From Acidobacteriota bacterium (lineage in GTDB: Bacteria; Acidobacteriota; UBA6911; RPQK01; JAJDTT01): 64,000 nucleotides of DNA. Numbering within the stretch: position 1 is the stretch's first letter; every line of letters starts with the position of its first letter. The stretch lies in the NCBI GenBank assembly GCA_965217775.1, contig CBDCJH010000002.1, positions 5,504,001-5,568,000 of the forward strand. Direction: 5' to 3'. This document shows positions 58,469 to 64,000 of this stretch, one piece after another. The position numbers were made by a program, and so were the translations under genes. A model generated the notes under the pieces. It was not told the origin of the DNA. It saw nothing but the letters and a program-made list of their open reading frames with translations, and ran no database searches.

Positions 58469-59446
58469 ATGCGAGAGATCACCTACTCACAGGCCATCAA
58501 CGAAGCGATTCGGGAAGAAATGCGCCGCGACTCCGACATCGTCCTGCTGGGCCAGGACATCGGTGTGTACGGTGGGACCTTCGGGGTCTACCGGGGACTT
58601 TGCGAGGAGTTCGGTGAGGACCGCGTCCGTGACGGGCCGCTTTCGGAGGCGGCCACTGCGGGCTTCGGGATCGGTCTCGCCGTGGCCGGCATGCGGGCGA
58701 TCGTGGAGATCGAGTTCATGGACTTCTCGCCGCTGATCCTGGACGCGGTGGCCAATCAGGCCTCCAAGATGCGCTATTTCTTCGGGGGCAAGGTCAAGGT
58801 CCCCCTGGTGCTGCGGATGCCCAGCGCCAGCAAGCTGGGACTGGGCGCCCAGCATTCCCAGAGCCTCGAGGCGTGGTTCATGCACACTCCGGGTCTGCTC
58901 ATCGCGATGCCGGCGACCCCCTACGACGCCAAAGGACTGCTGAAGACCGCCATTCGCCAGGACAATCCGGTCATCTTCATCGAACATGTCCGGCTCTACG
59001 CCACCAAGGGAGAGGTGCCCGAGGAGGAGTACCGCCTGCCCTTCGGCAGCGCCCGGATCGTTCGCGAGGGTACGGACATCACCGTCGTGGCCATCGCCAT
59101 GATGGTCCAAGAGGCGGTTCAAGCCGCCAACGAGTTGGAGAAGGAGGGGATCAGCGTCGAGATCATCGATCCCCGCACCCTGGCTCCCCTGGATGGCGAG
59201 ACCATCGTCGAGTCGGTGAAGAAGACCGGCCGCCTGCTGGTGACCCACGAGGCCTACCGGACCGCCGGGGTCGGGGCCGAGATCGGGCAGGTCGCCCTGG
59301 AGGGTGCCTTCGACTACCTGATCGCCCCCATCCGCCGCGTCGCCGGCAAGGACCAGCCGATCCCCAGCGGACCGTTGCAGGACGAGGTCTTTCCGGACCG
59401 CAACAAGTTGGCCGCGGCCATCAGAGATCTCATGGAGGAGGGATAG
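58469..59446 (+). CDS. ThDP-dependent dehydrogenase E1 beta subunit (PdhB/AcoB-like)
   Basis: GQDIGVYGG, DGPLSE, EIEFMDF, AQHSQSLEAW, PATPYDAKGLL, IDPRTLAPLD. Confidence 0.93.
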   Translation: MREITYSQAINEAIREEMRRDSDIVLLGQDIGVYGGTFGVYRGLCEEFGEDRVRDGPLSEAATAGFGIGLAVAGMRAIVEIEFMDFSPLILDAVANQASKMRYFFGGKVKVPLVLRMPSASKLGLGAQHSQSLEAWFMHTPGLLIAMPATPYDAKGLLKTAIRQDNPVIFIEHVRLYATKGEVPEEEYRLPFGSARIVREGTDITVVAIAMMVQEAVQAANELEKEGISVEIIDPRTLAPLDGETIVESVKKTGRLLVTHEAYRTAGVGAEIGQVALEGAFDYLIAPIRRVAGKDQPIPSGPLQDEVFPDRNKLAAAIRDLMEEG

Positions 59447-59451
59447 GAGTC

Positions 59452-60435
59452 ATGACAGAGCAGGCCCAAAGCGCCGCGACCGTCAGCTCGGACCAGGCTC
59501 TGGCCTGGTACCGCCAGATGGTCCACATCCGGAAGTTCGAGGAGAAGGTGGTGGAACTCTCCGGCAGGGGACTGGTCAGCGGTTCCACCCACCCCTGCAT
59601 CGCCCAGGAGGCGGTCTCCGTGGGCTGCATCTCCGCCTTGAGCGCAGAGGATATGGTGCTGGCCACCTACCGTGGCCATGGCGCGTTTATCGCCCGGGGC
59701 GGAGACCCTAAGGCCGCAATGGCCGAGATCCTCTGCCGGGAGACCGGTTGCTGCAAGGGCAAAGGGGGGTCCATGCACCTGTGCGACCCCGACATCGGCT
59801 TCCTGGGAACCAACGCCATCGTGGCGGCTCATATCCCCATTGCCTCGGGTGTGGCCCTGGCCAACCAGTTGAAGAAGACCAATCGGGTGACCCTCTGCCT
59901 TTTCGGCGACGGGGCCTCGTGTGAGGGTGCCTTCTACGAGACCTTGAACATGGTCGCCCTCTGGAAGATTCCCGTGGTGCTGGTCTGCGAGAATAACGGC
60001 TACGCGATTTCGGTCCCGACAAAGAAATCGTTGAGCGTTGCCGAGATCGCCACCCGGGCTCAAGGTTTCGACATGCCCGGAATTTCCATCGACGGGAACG
60101 ACATTGCGGAAGTCTACGAAACCACGAAGCAGGCGGTGGAACGGGCGCGCGACGGTGGGGGGCCGACCCTGATCGAATGCAGGACCGTCCGCTGGGAACG
60201 CCACAGCGCCCTCTCGGCCGGATTCTACGAATCGCGGGAAGAGAGAAAACGCTGGCAGGTCGTGGATCCTATCCCGAGGTTTCGCACTGTCCTCACCGAG
60301 GAGATGTCCATCCCGGCATCGGTACTGGAAGGGATCGAGCAGGAGGCAGCCGAGGCCGCCGATGAAGCCGCGGATTTCGCCATCCGGAGCCCCTTTACGG
60401 GCACGGCGCAGCTCGAACAAGATATCTTTGCTTGA
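59452..60435 (+). CDS. ThDP-dependent dehydrogenase E1 alpha subunit (PdhA/AcoA-like)
   Basis: True start ATG 59452 (AGGAG RBS); IRKFEE, QEA, YRGHG, GKGGSMH, ThDP motif GDGA...CENNGY, GPTLIE. Confidence 0.93.
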   Translation: MTEQAQSAATVSSDQALAWYRQMVHIRKFEEKVVELSGRGLVSGSTHPCIAQEAVSVGCISALSAEDMVLATYRGHGAFIARGGDPKAAMAEILCRETGCCKGKGGSMHLCDPDIGFLGTNAIVAAHIPIASGVALANQLKKTNRVTLCLFGDGASCEGAFYETLNMVALWKIPVVLVCENNGYAISVPTKKSLSVAEIATRAQGFDMPGISIDGNDIAEVYETTKQAVERARDGGGPTLIECRTVRWERHSALSAGFYESREERKRWQVVDPIPRFRTVLTEEMSIPASVLEGIEQEAAEAADEAADFAIRSPFTGTAQLEQDIFA

Positions 60436-60440
60436 TCGCC

Positions 60441-60502
60441 GGGAGGGGCGATTTCCAGTCGCCCTCCCCTCGGAGGAACGGGGCAAGAATGCCCCACTCC
60501 CA
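60441..60502. repeat. Inverted pair of GGAG-headed REP-like palindromes
   Basis: gggaggggcgatttccagtcgccc and inverted ggggcaagaatgccccactcc. Confidence 0.65.
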
Positions 60503-60536
60503 ATGGGTTGTTTCTGAGTCAGAAGGAGAACCCGAA

Positions 60537-61598
60537 ATGAGTCCCCAGGAATCCTCCGGTCCGAGAGTGATTCTCTGCGGTGTCGGAGGCGTCGGTCGCA
60601 GAGTGACCCGTCTGTTGAGCGTCCGTCCCGGCTACCGGGTCGTGGCGGCCTACACCAGGAACCGGGACTTGGCTGGTCAGGACCTGGGTAGTTTGGCCGG
60701 TATCGAACCCAACGGGATCATCGTCACCACCGACCGGGACGCCGCCCTGCGGCAACCCGCCGACATCGTGATCGTCGCCACCACCTCATTCCTGAGAGCG
60801 GTGGCGCCCGAACTGCGAGCGGCGGTGGAACACAACCTCAACGCCATCACCACGGCCGAGGAGGCGGCCTTCCCCTGGCTGACCGACGAGGCACTCACCG
60901 ATGAACTGGATCAACTGGCGCAGGACCGGGGGGTCTCGCTCCTGGGGGTGGGACTGAACCCCGGCTTCATTTTCGACGCGCTGCTGTTGACGGCCACCGG
61001 ACCGGCCTGGGATGCACGCAGGATTCGGATCAGGCGGGTCGTGGACGTCTCGCGGTTCAGCGCCACCATCCAGCGGCGGTTGGGCATCGGTTTCTCCAGG
61101 GAGAGGTTCGAGGCGGGGGTCCGAGCCGGAACCATCTTCGGCCACATCGGCTTTCCTCAATCCTTTCATCTGGCCGCAAAATGTCTGGGCCGGACGCTGG
61201 ACGACTACAGGAAGTCGTTCGAGCCGGTGATCGCCGAGCGCCCCTTTTCCAATGACTTTCTTACGGTCCAGCCGGGCCAGACCGTGGCCTTCATTCAGCG
61301 GGACGAGGGGGTCATCGGCGGAAAACCCTGGATCGATTCCGAGTTCGTCGCTTTCATTGATCCGTCCGCCGGAGATTTCGTCGCGCAGGACTCGATTTCG
61401 ATCCAGGGATACAACCCACTGAATCTGACCATCAGGCCGGGCTGCCAGCCGCAACTGGGGTCGGCGGCCATGGTGGCCAATTCCATCCCCAAGGTGATTG
61501 CGGCGAAACCCGGCTTCCGGACCGTGGCGGATCTGCCGCCCCTCTGCCCGCCGCCGACGGACAGCGACCGGTTGGCGGAAGCCGCCCGGAACTGGTGA
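60537..61598 (+). CDS. 2,4-diaminopentanoate dehydrogenase (Ord)-like / amine dehydrogenase family oxidoreductase
   Basis: Rossmann GVGGVG, TTS, NAITTAEE, GVGLNPGFIFD, GHIGFPQS, NSIPKVIAAKPG; AAGGAG RBS before ATG 60537. Confidence 0.8.
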   Translation: MSPQESSGPRVILCGVGGVGRRVTRLLSVRPGYRVVAAYTRNRDLAGQDLGSLAGIEPNGIIVTTDRDAALRQPADIVIVATTSFLRAVAPELRAAVEHNLNAITTAEEAAFPWLTDEALTDELDQLAQDRGVSLLGVGLNPGFIFDALLLTATGPAWDARRIRIRRVVDVSRFSATIQRRLGIGFSRERFEAGVRAGTIFGHIGFPQSFHLAAKCLGRTLDDYRKSFEPVIAERPFSNDFLTVQPGQTVAFIQRDEGVIGGKPWIDSEFVAFIDPSAGDFVAQDSISIQGYNPLNLTIRPGCQPQLGSAAMVANSIPKVIAAKPGFRTVADLPPLCPPPTDSDRLAEAARNW

Positions 61599-61621
61599 TC
61601 CAGGGAGTTCGTCCAGCGACC

Positions 61622-62764
61622 ATGGACAAAATACGAACGATACAAGTCATTCCCCTCATCAGACGGTTGGACCAGGTCTTCAGCGGAAGCACCTACCAGA
61701 TCGTTTCGCGGAATACGATCTACGCCCGGATCGAGACGGAAGGTGGGATCGTCGGCGAGGCCTTCGGAGGGGACGAGGACATCCACCAGGAGAAGGTGGT
61801 CCGGATCGCCAATGAAAGTCTGGCGCCCCGCCTGATCGGCAATGAGATCTGGCCGGTGGAGCCGCTCTGGCGCAAGATGTTCACCACCCCCGATCTGCCG
61901 CTGCACAACCGCGGCATCCACGCCTTGGACATGATCAACCACGCCATCCTGATGCAGGCCATCGCCATCATCGACATGGCGATCTGGGACGCCGTCGGCA
62001 AGTCCTTCGGCAAACCTTTGTGGCAGTTGCTGGGCGGGTTTAGAAGCCGAGTCCCCGTCGTCGGGATCGGCGGTTATTATAAGCCGGGTGCGTTGGAGGA
62101 GTTGGGCGAGGAGATCCAACTCTGCATCGATCTCGGCCTGGCGGGAATCAAACTGAAGGTCGGGAAAGCCTCGGTCGACGAGGACATCCGCCGAGTGGAA
62201 TACATTCGGAAGCACTTTGCCGACACCTTCGTGCTCGCCTGTGACGCGAACCAGGCCTGGACCTACGAACAGGCTCTCCGGTTCGCTCAAGGTGTCGCGG
62301 ACCTGAACCTGGAGTGGCTGGAGGAACCCGTCCGCTGGTACGACCAGTTGGAGGGGTTGAAGCGGTTGAGGAGCTCGACCGCCATTCCCCTGGTCGCCGG
62401 GCAAGGGGAGATCTCCAAATGGGGGTGCCGCGACCTCATCCTGGGCGGTTGCGTCGACACGCTCAACGTCGACGCCACCATCGCCGCCGGCATCACCGAG
62501 TGGATGAGGATCGCCTCCTTCGCCGAAACCATGGACGTCAACATGGGCCACCATGAGGAGCCCCAGGTTGCGCTGCATATGTTGGGAGCCATCCCCAACT
62601 CCACCTATGTCGAGATCTTCCATCAGCGGGAACGGGACCCCATGTGGTACGAATTGGTGGCTGATCTGCCCCGCATCTCCGGTGGCTTCATGTATCCCAA
62701 CGACGCCCCCGGACTGGGCTGGCACTACAATGCCGAGGTCATCGATCGATACGGCCAGCCGTGA
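61622..62764 (+). CDS. Mandelate racemase-subgroup enolase-superfamily enzyme
   Basis: DMAIWDAVGK, GGYY, KLKVG (KxK), CDAN, WLEEP, GQGE, NVDA, GHHE, PGLG. Confidence 0.9.
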   Translation: MDKIRTIQVIPLIRRLDQVFSGSTYQIVSRNTIYARIETEGGIVGEAFGGDEDIHQEKVVRIANESLAPRLIGNEIWPVEPLWRKMFTTPDLPLHNRGIHALDMINHAILMQAIAIIDMAIWDAVGKSFGKPLWQLLGGFRSRVPVVGIGGYYKPGALEELGEEIQLCIDLGLAGIKLKVGKASVDEDIRRVEYIRKHFADTFVLACDANQAWTYEQALRFAQGVADLNLEWLEEPVRWYDQLEGLKRLRSSTAIPLVAGQGEISKWGCRDLILGGCVDTLNVDATIAAGITEWMRIASFAETMDVNMGHHEEPQVALHMLGAIPNSTYVEIFHQRERDPMWYELVADLPRISGGFMYPNDAPGLGWHYNAEVIDRYGQP

Positions 62765-62830
62765 CCGGCATTTGTCGCCGCCCCGACCGGTCACCTGCTC
62801 GTTGGCTCGAAGAGCATCCCGATCTCGTCT

Positions 62831-63592
62831 ATGACTGAGGAGCAATTCCACGGGATATTGGTCTGGACGATCTTCCTGACCGCCGTTGTGAGCTTCGCGA
62901 GCCTATTGGTTCTGGCTGCTCCCTACGGCCGGCACTACTCCGGGAAGGGCTGGGGACCGCACATTTCCAACCGGACCAGTTGGGTCCTCATGGAGCTTCC
63001 GTCGGTGGTTCTCTTCCTGTTCGTTTATTTCGCTGGAGCAGCCGTATTCCAGACTGTTCCGCTGGTCCTTCTCGGAGTCTGGCAGTGCCACTATCTCAAC
63101 CGGACGTTCGTCTATCCTCTGCGAACTCGAACCGCAGGCGAGAAAATGCCTCTCGTGGTAATGGCTTGCGGCTTCACTTTCAACTCGATCAACGCCTACG
63201 TCAACGCCCGTTTCATCTCCGAATTCGGTGAGTATGGGTCGGAATGGCTGGCCGACCCGCGATTCCCGGCCGGTCTCGCCATCTTTCTGGCCGGTCTGGC
63301 CCTGAACGTCCACTCTGACAACATCCTTTTGAACCTGCGAAAAACCGGGGAGTCCGGGTATGCGATTCCTCAGGGCGGCGCCTTCCGTTACGTCTCGTGC
63401 CCGAACTACCTCGGGGAAATAATGGAATGGGCGGGCTGGGCGCTGGCGACATGGTCGCCGGCTGGACTGGCCTTCTTCGTATACACCGCGGCAAACCTGA
63501 TCCCGAGAGCGCGCAGCCACCATCAGTGGTACCGGGCGCGGTTTCCTGACTATCCCGCCAACCGAAAATCCCTGATTCCGGGCCTGATCTGA
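62831..63592 (+). CDS. 3-oxo-5-alpha-steroid 4-dehydrogenase (steroid 5-alpha-reductase, SRD5A-like) membrane protein
   Basis: APYGRH, WVLMELPS, HYLNRTFVYP, NVHSDNILLNLRK, YAIPQGG, VSCPNYLGEIMEW, NL.PRA..HHQWY, YPANRKSLIP. Confidence 0.9.
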   Translation: MTEEQFHGILVWTIFLTAVVSFASLLVLAAPYGRHYSGKGWGPHISNRTSWVLMELPSVVLFLFVYFAGAAVFQTVPLVLLGVWQCHYLNRTFVYPLRTRTAGEKMPLVVMACGFTFNSINAYVNARFISEFGEYGSEWLADPRFPAGLAIFLAGLALNVHSDNILLNLRKTGESGYAIPQGGAFRYVSCPNYLGEIMEWAGWALATWSPAGLAFFVYTAANLIPRARSHHQWYRARFPDYPANRKSLIPGLI

Positions 63593-63619
63593 CCGTCGCC
63601 AGCACGACTCGAAAAAAGA

Positions 63620-63672
63620 TTGACAGCGGCCACAAGAACTCTGTATTGTAGAGTAACTCTGTATTACAGAGT
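63620..63672 (+). promoter_or_regulatory. Sigma70-like promoter overlapped by two tandem palindromic operators
   Basis: TTGACA (63620-25), 18 bp, TATTGT (63644-49); ACTCTGTATTGTAGAGT (63638-54) and perfect ACTCTGTA-T-TACAGAGT (63656-72). Confidence 0.7.
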
Positions 63673-63703
63673 AGTATGGTGACCCTGTACTGAGGAGGAA
63701 TCC

Positions 63704-64000
63704 ATGACCGACAACACGCAACTCAAGGAAGACATCGCATATGTTCGCGCCGTCGCCGAACGATCGAGGACGAAGCCTGTACGTCCAATTTATCTTCTGT
63801 GGGCGATGATCGGACTATGTGGATTCGTGCTGGTCGACTTCGTCGACGACAAGAAGTGGATTAGCATCTACTGGCTCTTCGCTGCACCGATCGGATTCGC
63901 GCTGTCGTTCTGGCTCGGTTTCCGGGCGGGTCGCAACCAGGGCGCCACCAGTCGAGAGACGGGAATTCGCCACAGTCTTCACTGGCTGGCGTTCATGACT
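63704..64000 (+). CDS. Hypothetical membrane protein (5' part; runs off window edge)
   Basis: GAGGAGG RBS; MTDNTQLKEDIAYVRAVAERS then hydrophobic segments (IYLLWAMIGLCGFVLV, IYWLFAAPIGFALSFWLG); open to the edge. Confidence 0.7.
   Translation, partial: MTDNTQLKEDIAYVRAVAERSRTKPVRPIYLLWAMIGLCGFVLVDFVDDKKWISIYWLFAAPIGFALSFWLGFRAGRNQGATSRETGIRHSLHWLAFMT

Noticed and set aside
58873-59451. 193-aa N-terminal extension of E1alpha in the ORF track
   Set aside because: Out-of-frame overlap with E1beta, Arg/Gly/Pro-rich; a good RBS precedes ATG 59452

Overview
High-GC, gene-dense bacterial window with about 42 real CDSs. I found no rRNA, tRNA, CRISPR array, transposase or transcription-factor gene. 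The marker families (GWxTD protein, Oar-type TonB-dependent receptor, CRTAC1/ASPIC-UnbV, two PSCyt/DUF1549/DUF1553 cytochromes, DUF1501, FG-GAP proteins) point to Acidobacteriota. The sialidase-like, TauD and steroid-reductase content suggests a host-associated, possibly marine-sponge, lineage (inference only). Left half (1-31 kb): an arsenal of mostly exported beta-propeller and glycoside-hydrolase-like proteins. It includes seven BNR/Asp-box proteins (one tandemly triplicated), a 7x58-aa propeller fused to CRTAC1, a non-canonical GH38 and a HEAT-repeat/sodium:solute symporter fusion. Middle: TonB receptor, TPR protein, GWxTD protein, and a PSCyt-DUF1501-ceramidase-like-SDR run. Right (47.7-62.8 kb): a divergent catabolic cluster centred on a RhaT-like transporter. 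Its right arm is the best candidate for an undescribed pathway: lipoyl E2, a divergent ADP-forming acyl-CoA ligase pair, a mono-cluster ferredoxin, ThDP E1beta/E1alpha, an Ord-like amine dehydrogenase and an enolase-superfamily enzyme, with no E3. Intergenic DNA carries two REP-like hairpin families (GGAG- and GTAG-headed), a TTAA-flanked MITE and several palindromic operator candidates. All product calls come from motif recognition by eye; no database searches were run.
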